A stretch of 64,000 bases of DNA from Candidatus Versatilivorator sp. (GTDB lineage Bacteria; Acidobacteriota; Terriglobia; Versatilivoradales; Versatilivoraceae): positions 3,488,001-3,552,000 of the forward strand of contig OZ242296.1 in assembly GCA_965207735.1 (NCBI GenBank), read 5' to 3'. Below are positions 1-9,040 of this stretch, one piece after another; position 1 is the stretch's first letter; every line of letters begins with the position of its first letter. Both the position numbers and the translations under genes were made by a program. The notes under the pieces are model-generated. The model was given only the letters and a program-made list of their open reading frames with translations, searched no databases and was not told where the DNA came from.

Positions 1-195
1 AGTCTGCAATGCGCTTGATTGCCCTTCAGCCAGAATTTTTTGGGCCGTTACGTCGCCATCTGCAGCTATCCGCTTAGCTTCAGCTTCTCGCCGTGCTCTC
101 CAAGACGCCAACATTGGACCAGCAACGCTACCTATTCCGCTCGCTGCATAATCCAATAGTTTTTCTAGCGCAGGAACATTTACGTTTAAGTCCAC
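1..195 (-). CDS. 5' part of a putative DUF2806/TIGR03899-like protein (runs off the window)
   Basis: Not in the ORF track. A GTG at 195 after a GGGAG RBS-like motif opens 65 stop-free codons: VDLNVNVPALEKLLDYAASGIGSVAGPMLASWRARREAEAKRIAA. Family assignment is from recall. Confidence 0.55.
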   Translation of the reverse strand, partial: MDLNVNVPALEKLLDYAASGIGSVAGPMLASWRARREAEAKRIAADGDVTAQKILAEGQSSALQT

Positions 196-255
196 AGCCT
201 TTGCTCCCGACCGGTTGGGTCCAAACTACCCATGGCTCTGTTATCTGACCATCAA

Positions 256-336
256 CTAGGATTGTGCTCTGTTTCCCCCAACCGGTAGCTTCCCAGAGAA
301 TACCTTCGGCAGCAGCGAGTCACTGAGGGCGGCGAG
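256..336 (-). pseudogene. Relic of a type I R-M specificity subunit (hsdS) 3' end
   Basis: Translates to LAALSDSLLPKVFSGKLPVGGNRAQS*, aligning with the HsdS C-terminus at 1235-1321 (LTAVRDALLPKLISGKLRDG...), 12/20 identical residues. Confidence 0.75.
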
Positions 337-337
337 A

Positions 338-1183
338 CTACCACTCAATTGGAGTCAACCTTGGACTCAGTTTGTCGGCAACTTTGGGCACCCAACTGTC
401 ATTGTGGCGATAAAACACGAAGCGCTCCGCCATAAAGGCCACACGACGATCAATTTCCTTGACTAGCGGCGGCCTCGCCTGAACGAAAAAAAGCCCCTCA
501 CGCGGCCCCTGCCAACAGCCGTATAATGCAACGTGAGATGACAAAGGGAAACTGAACTCCCCAAAAGGCGGTTTCAACCCGTACCCCTCATCGAAGAACA
601 CCGGATTGTCACAGGTGAGAAAGTAATGTGAGTCGTCTGCTATGATAACTCTCCATGTCATGGAAAAGATGCAGTGAATCATAACCGGCGAAATCCATTG
701 ACGACGGATAAGAGCGTCTTTCATTGAAAGTCGCTTGCTGTCAAATTTCCCCTCCCATTCCTCGATCTCGTGTAGTAGTTCTTCCTGCGATAAATTGAAT
801 CTCGATGCCTCTAACCCAAGATTTCCTTTGATCTCTGATAACAGTTCGCTTTTCACTTGAGGGGCTTTCTCAATCATTTTTCGCCTATTACGCGGCCCCC
901 TCTTGATCATTGATTCCAAATAAACTGCGACTGCTCGTCTACCTTCCACTCCAACCTCCTGGCCATTTCGCAGTCGATCGAGCGGATCTTGAGCGGGACC
1001 TTCGATCTGGTCGCTCAACGCACGCTCATCTTCCTCACTATAAAATCCGCTCGATTGCGCCACATTCTTAATCGGAAGTCGTTTAAACTCCTTCGAACAT
1101 TTGTCATACATCCAGCTTTTGTCCGGGTCCTCCGGTGTTGCAAAGTGGCGTAGGTAGTGTTGTGGAAGGTAGTGCTGTCCCAT
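338..1183 (-). CDS. DUF4238 domain protein
   Basis: N-terminal QHYLPQHYLRHF and internal FLTCDNPV motifs typical of DUF4238; visibly lower GC than the core genes. Confidence 0.75.
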   Translation of the reverse strand: MGQHYLPQHYLRHFATPEDPDKSWMYDKCSKEFKRLPIKNVAQSSGFYSEEDERALSDQIEGPAQDPLDRLRNGQEVGVEGRRAVAVYLESMIKRGPRNRRKMIEKAPQVKSELLSEIKGNLGLEASRFNLSQEELLHEIEEWEGKFDSKRLSMKDALIRRQWISPVMIHCIFSMTWRVIIADDSHYFLTCDNPVFFDEGYGLKPPFGEFSFPLSSHVALYGCWQGPREGLFFVQARPPLVKEIDRRVAFMAERFVFYRHNDSWVPKVADKLSPRLTPIEW

Positions 1184-1234
1184 TGTTCCTGAAGTTTCAG
1201 CTTAATCGACGTGAACGATGCCGAGGTCCGAGGT

Positions 1235-2584
1235 TCAACTTGTCTTGTGCGCCGCTTGCTTTCCGTCCCGTAACTTGCCCGAGATGAGTTTAGGCAGAAG
1301 CGCGTCTCGGACAGCTGTGAGGAAACGGGATTCTTGAATTGAAGAAACGATGCGATCAATCGGTGGCTGAATCGACCTAGTGAAGACCGCCGCCAATTTC
1401 TGACGGGGCAATGGAACTTGATAACGGGACATGTCGGTCCAGTTCGTGCGCGGCATTCTTGTCCCAGTGGATGTGGCGTCTGTGTAATGCACAAACTCGG
1501 AGCTCGACGCATGACCGAGCACGAAACCAAACCATTCATCGGACACTGGAGAGATGACCACAATGTCGGTTGAACATACACCTCCAATAGGAGCGACACC
1601 TACCTTGTGGAAGTACGGCCGGAGTTTGCCGAAGAGAATGTCGCGTTGCTCGAACCTGAACTTACTGCTAGCCAAACCACCCGCCGTACCCCATTGCGAA
1701 AGTGCGATACAACGCTTGGGCATGTGCTCAAGCGCGATGTAGGGGGTGCCGGCGTCAATTTGTTCTGGACTCACTCCACGCCGACGTTGGGCTGCACACT
1801 CCCCCAACGGCTTCACCTCCCATCCCTCCGGTATCGGACCGAGTTCAGAGTCCACAAAGCTGTCGGGGAATAGGGCCGCGATGTCGGGTTCCATGCTGTT
1901 GAGGTAAGCGCGGGCCCGTTCGACACTCCAATCATTCCCCTCTTTATGGGGAGTCGCAGCGTGATGTTTGAGGGTGGCTTTGGCGTGGACGGGGTCGAAG
2001 TCGACGAACCAGGATTTGAACAGCGCCCGAGCCATCTCCTCCAGCGTCTGGTTCATCCGCCGGTTCAACTCGATCTTGTCGTCGAGCGAACCGAGGATGT
2101 GGGCGATGGCGCGCTGTTCCGGGAGAGAAGGCACTGGCAGACAGAAACCTGGAATGTCAGCGCATTTCAAACTGTCGAAGACCGCTCCAACGTTGATATA
2201 CATGGCAACTTGCTCCCACCATCGAGGACCACGCACAAGCCAACGCAAGAAAGGCTTGAAGATCTTTGTCCCATCGGATCGGAGCAAGACCAGATTCTGA
2301 CCCAGCGCGAATTGGAGACTCTTCGGCACAAATCCGGTCTCTCCGGGATTGCACCGTCGAGAGAGAACGATATCGAATGGTTCGGGATGAGCTTTCCGCG
2401 TCCATTCATCAAAGTGTTTACGTGTGATCCGGCGAACTCCATTCAGATTGATTCGGCCGTCCTTGACCTGAGGGATAGCGACGTAGGGATAACCGCGTTC
2501 TGAAGCCGGTGGAGTACGGTGCTCGCAGTCGATCAGTGAAACACCCGCCTCACGCAGCGACATAATCAGCCACTCACTCGCCAT
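1235..2584 (-). CDS. hsdS: Type I restriction-modification specificity subunit S
   Basis: Two TRDs, central conserved region LPEQRAIAHILGSLDDKIELNRRMNQTLEEMARALFKSWF, C-terminal RDALLPKLISG. Confidence 0.95.
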   Translation of the reverse strand: MASEWLIMSLREAGVSLIDCEHRTPPASERGYPYVAIPQVKDGRINLNGVRRITRKHFDEWTRKAHPEPFDIVLSRRCNPGETGFVPKSLQFALGQNLVLLRSDGTKIFKPFLRWLVRGPRWWEQVAMYINVGAVFDSLKCADIPGFCLPVPSLPEQRAIAHILGSLDDKIELNRRMNQTLEEMARALFKSWFVDFDPVHAKATLKHHAATPHKEGNDWSVERARAYLNSMEPDIAALFPDSFVDSELGPIPEGWEVKPLGECAAQRRRGVSPEQIDAGTPYIALEHMPKRCIALSQWGTAGGLASSKFRFEQRDILFGKLRPYFHKVGVAPIGGVCSTDIVVISPVSDEWFGFVLGHASSSEFVHYTDATSTGTRMPRTNWTDMSRYQVPLPRQKLAAVFTRSIQPPIDRIVSSIQESRFLTAVRDALLPKLISGKLRDGKQAAHKTS

Positions 2585-2587
2585 TCC

Positions 2588-2908
2588 TTACTCCTCTCTC
2601 CCCACCAACACCACATGATCGCGTTCGATCTCGTGGTGAAAGCTCTGCGGCAGCCGCGCCCAGTCCCGCGCTTCCACCAGGAAAGGAATGGTGGAGTCAC
2701 GTAGCGCCTCCTCGAAGTCGGCCAACCGTGAGAGATCAATCTTGGCGAGGCCGGAGCCGCGTAACACCAGATCCAGGTCGCTGCCTTCGTGGCTTCGGCC
2801 ACTGACGCGGCTGCCATAGGCCCACACCTCCACACCGGGCAGATGCCGGCGCAGCAGCGCCTCGATCTGCTGCCGGTGCCTCGGCGACAGATGGAACCGC
2901 TCAGTCAT
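2588..2908 (-). CDS. Minimal nucleotidyltransferase (MNT/MntA-like antitoxin)
   Basis: YGSRVSGRSHEGSDLDL matches the GSx10DxD motif; 106 aa. Confidence 0.88.
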   Translation of the reverse strand: MTERFHLSPRHRQQIEALLRRHLPGVEVWAYGSRVSGRSHEGSDLDLVLRGSGLAKIDLSRLADFEEALRDSTIPFLVEARDWARLPQSFHHEIERDHVVLVGREE

Positions 2909-3323
2909 CTTCCTCCTCTTCGATCACCTCGGCCAATTCCCTTGCATCGGCGAGAAAGGCTGGCAAGATCTCCAGGGTGGATTCGGCAAAGTCTTTGCCG
3001 TAATTGTGGGCGGTATCGTTGCGATTGTCGCGGTACTTCAGCCAGCGTTCGCAGGTGTCCAGGTCGATCAGGTCATGCTTGGCCGCGTGCCGGAACAGAT
3101 CCTTGAATACAAGGCGGTCCGCTTGGCGGTTGCTGGCGAAATAGGCGCCGAGACGCTTCTTCAGCAACTTGCCGCTCTGCTCCAGCACAATTTCAAACTC
3201 CTTGACGCAGGCCGCGCGATAGATGTCGTAGGTAATGTCATCCGGGTCGCTGCGCTTGAGTTCATTCAAGGCGCGCTCCAACGTGTTGAGGCAGCGTCTT
3301 AGGAATTCCGTGTTGATGTTCAT
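2901..3323 (-). CDS. HEPN-domain nucleotidyltransferase substrate-binding protein (HI0074/HepT-like toxin)
   Basis: [17 protein letters not shown] and an intact Rx4H motif (RNDTAH); overlaps the MNT gene. Confidence 0.88.
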   Translation of the reverse strand: MNINTEFLRRCLNTLERALNELKRSDPDDITYDIYRAACVKEFEIVLEQSGKLLKKRLGAYFASNRQADRLVFKDLFRHAAKHDLIDLDTCERWLKYRDNRNDTAHNYGKDFAESTLEILPAFLADARELAEVIEEEEDD

Positions 3324-4948
3324 GATCCCTCACCATCCCCAAAGCCCAACTGCGTCAGGTTTTTCTCAATGGCCGCATCCAGTCTAACTGCCTCGGCCTG
3401 CTGCTTGCGCCACTGGGCGGCGAGACGCTTCATCTTTTCCTCGAACGGCTCGCCGTCGTCTTCCTGCGCTTCCGCCCCGACGTAGCGGCCGGGGGTGAGC
3501 ACATGGCCGTGCTTGCGAACCTCCTCCAGGGTGACGCTCTTGCAGAAGCCCGGAACGTCCTTGTACTCGTCAGCGCCACCCTCATCCCGTTCCTCCTCCT
3601 TCGAGGGAGCGGAAACACGGTTGCGCCAAGCCTGGTAGGTTTCGGCGATGCGGGCAATGTCCTCCTGGGTCAACTCGCGGTGGGTGCGGTCCACCATGCG
3701 GCCGAGCTTCCTTGCATCGATGAACAGGATCTCACCGCTCCGCTCACGTCGGCGCGCCAGAAACCAGAGGCAGGCGGGAATCTGGGTGGAGTAGAAGAGT
3801 TGGCCCGGCAAAGCGATCATGCAGTCCACCAGGTTGGCTTCGATCAGGGACCGGCGGATGTTCCCCTCGCCCGACTGGCTTGACGACATGGAGCCGTTGG
3901 CGAGCACGAAGCCGGCCGCGCCGGCGGGCGACAGGTGGTGGACCATGTGCTGCACCCAGGCGAAGTTGGCGTTGCCCTTGGGTGGGACGCCGTATTGCCA
4001 GCGCTGGTCCTGGGTGAGCCGCTGGCCGCCCCAGTCGGAGACGTTGAAGGGTGGATTGGCCAGGATGAAGTCGGCCTTGAGGTCGGGATGGCGGTCGTTG
4101 TGGAAGCTGTCGCCGTGGGCGATCTGGCCCTCGATGCCCCGAATGGCCAGGTTCATCTTGGCCAGTCGCCAGGTGGTGTAATTGGATTCCTGGCCGTATA
4201 TGGAGATGTCGCCCCTGGCCTGTCCGCCGTTGCCGTTGCCGCTGGCGTGAGCCCGTATGAATTCCACCGACTGGACGAACATGCCGGAGGAACCGCAACA
4301 GGGATCGTAAACGCGACCCCGCCAGGGCTCCAGCATCTCCACCAGCAGCTTGACTACGCAGCGGGGGGTGTAGAACTCGCCGCCCTTCTTGCCCTCGGCG
4401 CTGGCGAACTGGGAGAGAAAGTACTCGTAGACACGGCCCAGCACGTCCTTGGATTGGGCTTCCTTGTCTCCCACCCGGATGTTGCTGACGAGGTCGATGA
4501 GTTGGCCCAGTCGCTGCTTGTCGAGGGAGGGGCGGGCGTAGTCCTTAGGCAGCACGTCCTTGAGCACCCGGTTGTCGTGCTCGATGCCGGCCATGGCGCC
4601 GTCGACGAGCTGGCCGATGGTAGACTGGCGGGCTTGGGACTTCAGATTCGCCCAGCGTGCCTCCGGCGGCACCCAAAAGATATTCTCGGCGATGTACTCG
4701 TCACGGTCCTCGGCGGCCTCGCTGCCCCATTCGGCCACAACCGCCGCATGGCGCTCTTCGAAGGCGTCGGAGATGTACTTCAGAAAGACGAGGCCCAAGA
4801 CGACGTGCTTGTACTCGGCGGCGTCCATGTTGCCGCGCAAGGCGTCCGCCATCTTCCAAAGCTGGGCCTCGTAGCCCGTGATGGCGCCGTCGCCCCCGGG
4901 CTTTGCGTCTGTCTTGGAGGCTGTTTTCCCCGATTGTGCGCTTGCCAT
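3320..4948 (-). CDS. hsdM: Type I restriction-modification methyltransferase subunit M
   Basis: [11 protein letters not shown]-terminus, [16 protein letters not shown] (motif I), ANPPFN (motif IV). Confidence 0.97.
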   Translation of the reverse strand: MASAQSGKTASKTDAKPGGDGAITGYEAQLWKMADALRGNMDAAEYKHVVLGLVFLKYISDAFEERHAAVVAEWGSEAAEDRDEYIAENIFWVPPEARWANLKSQARQSTIGQLVDGAMAGIEHDNRVLKDVLPKDYARPSLDKQRLGQLIDLVSNIRVGDKEAQSKDVLGRVYEYFLSQFASAEGKKGGEFYTPRCVVKLLVEMLEPWRGRVYDPCCGSSGMFVQSVEFIRAHASGNGNGGQARGDISIYGQESNYTTWRLAKMNLAIRGIEGQIAHGDSFHNDRHPDLKADFILANPPFNVSDWGGQRLTQDQRWQYGVPPKGNANFAWVQHMVHHLSPAGAAGFVLANGSMSSSQSGEGNIRRSLIEANLVDCMIALPGQLFYSTQIPACLWFLARRRERSGEILFIDARKLGRMVDRTHRELTQEDIARIAETYQAWRNRVSAPSKEEERDEGGADEYKDVPGFCKSVTLEEVRKHGHVLTPGRYVGAEAQEDDGEPFEEKMKRLAAQWRKQQAEAVRLDAAIEKNLTQLGFGDGEGS

Positions 4949-5152
4949 GGTTTCCTTTTCTCTCAGGCAATCGATGGGTCGTTAACTGCTTCCGGCTCTG
5001 GCCTCCGGAACTGCCGGGCAACTACACCGGGTGGTCCTTCCTTGGAGTTCTCTTCACTGTAATCGTGAGCCGTACCGATGCAGTCGTCGGCGCAATCCAA
5101 CCCTTCCTGCAGCGGCACGGCAAACCGCTGCACAGTTGACGTCGCCCCGGTG

Positions 5153-5443
5153 CTACCTGCCCGCGGCCGCCGTGGGCAGTTCACGCACGGCAGCGCCGGC
5201 CCGTTGCTGAGCGACGGCGAGGTCGAATTGTGTCTGGAGGTTCAGCCAGAATTGGGGGTCTATTCCGAACCAGTGCCCGAACCGTAACGCGGTATCGCCG
5301 GTTACGGAACGCTTGCCGGCGATGATTTGACTTACCCGGTTGGGTGGCACATCAATCTGACGGGCAAATGCCGTAGGGCTCACGCCAAACTCGGCCAGCT
5401 CGTCTCTCAGAATCTCGCCAGGGTGAACGACGCGCTTCAACAT
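5153..5443 (-). CDS. higA: HigA family antitoxin
   Basis: HPGEILRDEL, HTH region, FWLNLQ motif. Confidence 0.93.
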   Translation of the reverse strand: MLKRVVHPGEILRDELAEFGVSPTAFARQIDVPPNRVSQIIAGKRSVTGDTALRFGHWFGIDPQFWLNLQTQFDLAVAQQRAGAAVRELPTAAAGR

Positions 5444-5463
5444 GCCAACGTCCCTCCTCTCGA

Positions 5464-5745
5464 CTAATGGTAGTCCACAATCTCAACGCCGGTTGGCCCC
5501 GGACCATCGGGCCAAGCAAAGCAGATGCGCCATTGCCGATTGATGCGGATGGAATACTGTCCTTCTCTCTCGCCACTGAGGGCTTCCAGGCGATTGCTTG
5601 GCAGTGCCCTCAGGGTGTACAGCGAGGGCGCTGCGTTCAGGATGGCCAGCCGCTTGGATGCTTGCAGTTCGAACCCCTGGAATGCGGCTACGAACTCGCC
5701 GGCGGCGAAGCGCTCCGTGCGCTTGTCCCTATAGCTGAGTATCAT
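5464..5745 (-). CDS. higB: HigB (RelE/ParE family) toxin
   Basis: PSNRLEALSGEREGQYSIRINRQWRICF...EIVDYH; toxin-first order. Confidence 0.93.
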   Translation of the reverse strand: MILSYRDKRTERFAAGEFVAAFQGFELQASKRLAILNAAPSLYTLRALPSNRLEALSGEREGQYSIRINRQWRICFAWPDGPGPTGVEIVDYH

Positions 5746-5753
5746 GCGGGAGT

Positions 5754-5791
5754 AGCATATGGACTATGACGCTTGACGTCAAGAGTCATAG
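5754..5791 (-). promoter_or_regulatory. higBA sigma70 promoter with palindromic operator
   Basis: Minus strand TTGACG (5782-5777), 17-bp spacer, TATGCT (5759-5754), ATG 8 nt later. A 28-bp palindrome ctatgacgcttgacgtcaagagtcatag (5764-5791, one mismatched pair) is centred on the -35. Confidence 0.75.
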
Positions 5792-6184
5792 GGGTTGAAC
5801 ACCGGAACGCCCGTCGGCTCGAAGTGCTTGACGTTGCGGATCACCACGGTCAGGCCGGGCTCCAGCGCCGTGGCGGCAATGATCAGGTCCGCCGCGCCCA
5901 AGGTCGCCGGACAGACGCCCCCACCGGCGTGCAGTGGGGACGTCGACGTCGAGAACCCGGTCGCCGTACCAGGCGAGCACTCTGTCAAGCCAGATGGACA
6001 ACTCCCGGGCGAACGATGGGTCACGGCGCTGCTGTTGGGCGATTCCATGCTCTATTTCGCCAATGGTCACTGCGCTCAGGTACAGGTCTGCCGTCCGCTG
6101 GGCCTGCAACCACCGGACCATCTCCGGATGGCGGTCCCGTCGTCGCAGCGCCGACAGCACGTCGGTGTCAATCAGGAACATCAC
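5779..6184 (-). pseudogene. vapC: VapC PIN-domain toxin, frameshifted near 5895
   Basis: One frame gives FLIDTDVLS...RRWGRLSGDLG; the conserved C-terminus ADLIIAATALEPGLTVVIRNVKHFEPTGVPVFNPY is in another frame (ORF 5779..6048). Confidence 0.85.
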
Positions 6185-6435
6185 AGGTCCAGCGGGCGGG
6201 TCGGTAATGGCAGTCTGTCGAAATCCTGGTCATCCCGCGGGATTTCCAGCAGCAACCCGGCCAGCGTCGGCGCATTGGCTTTCTCCAAACGGCACAGGCG
6301 CTCGTACTCTTCTGCCGCCAGCACGACGACGGCAGGCTTGCCACGGCGGGTCACCCGCTGTGGTGCGCCGCCGAGGGCGGCGTCGACCACGGCGCTGAAG
6401 CGGTTCTTGGCGTCCTGCAAGGGCCAGTCGGTCAT
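6181..6435 (-). CDS. Phd/YefM family antitoxin (VapB)
   Basis: WPLQDAKNRFSAVVDAALGGAPQRVTRRGKPAVVV; overlaps the vapC start. Confidence 0.9.
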   Translation of the reverse strand: MTDWPLQDAKNRFSAVVDAALGGAPQRVTRRGKPAVVVLAAEEYERLCRLEKANAPTLAGLLLEIPRDDQDFDRLPLPTRPLDL

Positions 6436-6527
6436 GTGTGTTCTCCTGTCTAGACTAACTGGCTAGATTTTGCTGCAGGGCGGGGCACAGCTTCAAGAGG
6501 CATAACCACTTGCGGAAAGCGTCTCCA

Positions 6528-6782
6528 TCAATCCAGCCCATCGGCAACCGCCGCCTCCAGAGCGCTCCAGTCTTCCTGTTCAGCGGCCATGGCGCCATAG
6601 GTCTCTTCCCAGGAGAGCCTGTTCTTTTGCTTGCTATACAAAAGGACTCCGTCCTCCCTCTCCTCCAGGACAAGCGTTCCGCTCCAGCCATGCCTTTGCA
6701 AAAGGACCCTTGGGAGTACGATTGCTTTGGAGTGGCCGATAGCAATCAGCTTGACGACTCTTGTAATCCGTGGTTTGGCCAT
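6528..6782 (-). CDS. AbrB/MazE-type antitoxin (no adjacent toxin)
   Basis: MAKPRITRVVKLIAIGHSKAIVLPRVLL swapped-hairpin signature. Start reassigned to the ATG at 6782 within ORF 6528..6998. Confidence 0.75.
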   Translation of the reverse strand: MAKPRITRVVKLIAIGHSKAIVLPRVLLQRHGWSGTLVLEEREDGVLLYSKQKNRLSWEETYGAMAAEQEDWSALEAAVADGLD

Positions 6783-6934
6783 TTTCAAGGGTCCATTGAA
6801 CAAGCAAACGAAATTACAGCAATTACCATCTCGGCCGCCGTGTCGCTTGATTGACGTGCCTAAGATAAAAAAATCGTACCATAATGGGCGGTCGGCTAGT
6901 CGGCCGGAAGCAGGTGCCCGATCGGGGGTAGGTC

Positions 6935-8944
6935 TTGGCGAAGAAACCGAATAGAGCGAAACGGAAACCCCGTGCGGGTACCTCGCCCTCCGGGCCACGA
7001 TTCTCCTTCGGTGGCTCGCGCCTGTGGGTTCCGCTTTTGCTGTTTGTGGTGGTGGTCGGCGTCTACCTGCCGTCGGTGGACCATGGGTTTCTCTATGACG
7101 ACTACGAGGTGATTCTCTCCAACGCTCCTTTGCGCTCGGTTCAGGATCTTGGGCGCATTCTGACGGAGAGGCACTTCCTCAGCCTGCCCTATTACCGTCC
7201 GGTGGTACGCTCCTCGCTGCTGCTGCAAAGAAGCCTCCACGGAGACGAGCCCGGCCCCTTTCACCTCTTCAACGCCTGCGTGGCCGGACTGATCGCCATC
7301 ATTGCCTACGCCCTGCTGAGGCTGCCGGTCTTCGGCTTGCGGCCTCGCTGGGCATGGCTGACCGCCGCCGTCTTTGCCCTGCACCCGGTGGCTTCCTCCT
7401 GCGTCTACCCCATCGCCTCGGGACGCGAGACCCTGCTGCCGGCCCTGTTCGTCCTGCTGGCCCTCTACTGCTTCCTCAGGCCCGGGCCATGGTGGCGGGT
7501 GGGCGCCTCCGTCTCGTTCGCTCTGGCCCTGTTCGGCAAGGAGCAGGCGGTGGTCACCCTGGCGGTCTTCGTGCTGGCCGACGCTCTGGGCCTGACCTCG
7601 GCGGCGCCCGGCCGCAGCCTCCGCCGCTGGGTGGTCCGCTACTGGCCGGAGGCCGCTATCGGCGCCCTCTACTTCTCCATTCGCCACTTCCTGTTTGCAG
7701 GCGGGGAGTATCGCCTGGGAGACCTGGGGCAGTTCGCTCTTTCCTACCTCTACGCGCTGCAGGTCGTGACCGTCCCCTTCTGGGAGATGGTCTACGAGCC
7801 TCCGGCCCGGGTCTGGTTCAGCCCCTGGCGCCTGGCCGTCGCGCTGGCCATCGCCGGATGGGCTGTGTTGTGGATCCGGCGATCCTGGCCCGCGTTTCGG
7901 GCCCTGACCTGGTTCTGGCTGGGCTGGTTCGTTCTGACCCTGCTGCCGACGGCCAATCTGCTGGACCAGGAGGCCCCATTTGCCGAGCGCTACGTGTTTC
8001 TGGCCGCGCTGGGCCCGCTCTTTCTGCTGGCCCGGGTTCTCTCCAACCGCGAGAAGGAGGGAAGGCCCAGGCTCTGGACGGGCCTGGCCGTGGCGCTGCT
8101 GCTGGTGGTGGCCGCCCAGACCGTCGCCCGGGGCGCCTATTATCGAGATTATGAGGCCTTTTGCCGGCAGTGGGTCAAGACCGACCCCCAGTCGCTCAAC
8201 GCCCACAACAGCCTGGCGGTGGTTCTGACCATGGACGGCCGGCTGCAAGAAGCCGGCGTCCACTATGAAGAGGCCCTCAAAATCGCGCCGGACAGCGCTC
8301 AGGCTCGCAGCAACCTGGCCAACCTGCGCCTGCAGCAGGGGAGGCTTCAGGAAGCCCATGGCCTCCTGCAGGAAGCGTTGCGCCTGGACCCCGACTCCTT
8401 CGCCACCCACAACGCCCTGGGCGCCATGCTGCTGGGACAGGGCAGAATCGAGCAGGCCATTCCCCACTTCGCGCGGGCCATCAGCCTGAACTCGGAGAAC
8501 CAGCAGGGGCACGCCAACCTGGCCAACGCGCTGGCGCACCAGGGCAACACCCGGCAAGCCGTCCACCACTACCGCGAGGCCCTTCGCATCCATCCGGGCC
8601 TGGTCCACGTGGCCAACCGCCTGGCCTGGATCCTGGCCACCCATCCCGACCCGGCGCTACGGTCCGGCGCCGAGGCGGTCGATCTGGCCGAGAGCTTCTG
8701 CCGGCCGCCCAACGACGCCAACCCCATGTTCCTGGACACCCTGGCGGCAGCTTACGCCGAGACAGGACGGTTTCCCCAAGCACTGGAGACGGCCACGCGG
8801 GCCGCATCCCTGGCTTCTTCCATGGGTCAGCCTGAGCTGGCGGACCAGATCCGGCAGAGATTGGCTGCTTACCGGGAGCGCCGCCCGGTTCGCTACTCCG
8901 AGATTCAGTGGAGGACCTCCGGCACTTCCTTGAGGCACGATTAA
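6935..8944 (+). CDS. TMTC-like membrane glycosyltransferase with C-terminal TPR repeats
   Basis: Multi-TM N-terminal half with YDD, YYRP, FALHP and AERYVFL motifs, followed by several TPRs. Confidence 0.75.
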   Translation: MAKKPNRAKRKPRAGTSPSGPRFSFGGSRLWVPLLLFVVVVGVYLPSVDHGFLYDDYEVILSNAPLRSVQDLGRILTERHFLSLPYYRPVVRSSLLLQRSLHGDEPGPFHLFNACVAGLIAIIAYALLRLPVFGLRPRWAWLTAAVFALHPVASSCVYPIASGRETLLPALFVLLALYCFLRPGPWWRVGASVSFALALFGKEQAVVTLAVFVLADALGLTSAAPGRSLRRWVVRYWPEAAIGALYFSIRHFLFAGGEYRLGDLGQFALSYLYALQVVTVPFWEMVYEPPARVWFSPWRLAVALAIAGWAVLWIRRSWPAFRALTWFWLGWFVLTLLPTANLLDQEAPFAERYVFLAALGPLFLLARVLSNREKEGRPRLWTGLAVALLLVVAAQTVARGAYYRDYEAFCRQWVKTDPQSLNAHNSLAVVLTMDGRLQEAGVHYEEALKIAPDSAQARSNLANLRLQQGRLQEAHGLLQEALRLDPDSFATHNALGAMLLGQGRIEQAIPHFARAISLNSENQQGHANLANALAHQGNTRQAVHHYREALRIHPGLVHVANRLAWILATHPDPALRSGAEAVDLAESFCRPPNDANPMFLDTLAAAYAETGRFPQALETATRAASLASSMGQPELADQIRQRLAAYRERRPVRYSEIQWRTSGTSLRHD

Positions 8945-9040
8945 CCGTCAAGCACCGCCGCCCTATTCCCGATTCGTGGTAACCTTAGCCGCCCCTGCCG
9001 AGCTTGGGGATTCACGACCACGAAGAGGCCCCCAGATTCC

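Noticed and set aside
3935-5062. Long antisense or alternate-frame ORFs here and throughout (e.g. 6896-8644, 17157-18950, 58108-59541)
   Set aside because: Shadows of real genes in high-GC DNA with no recognisable motifs.
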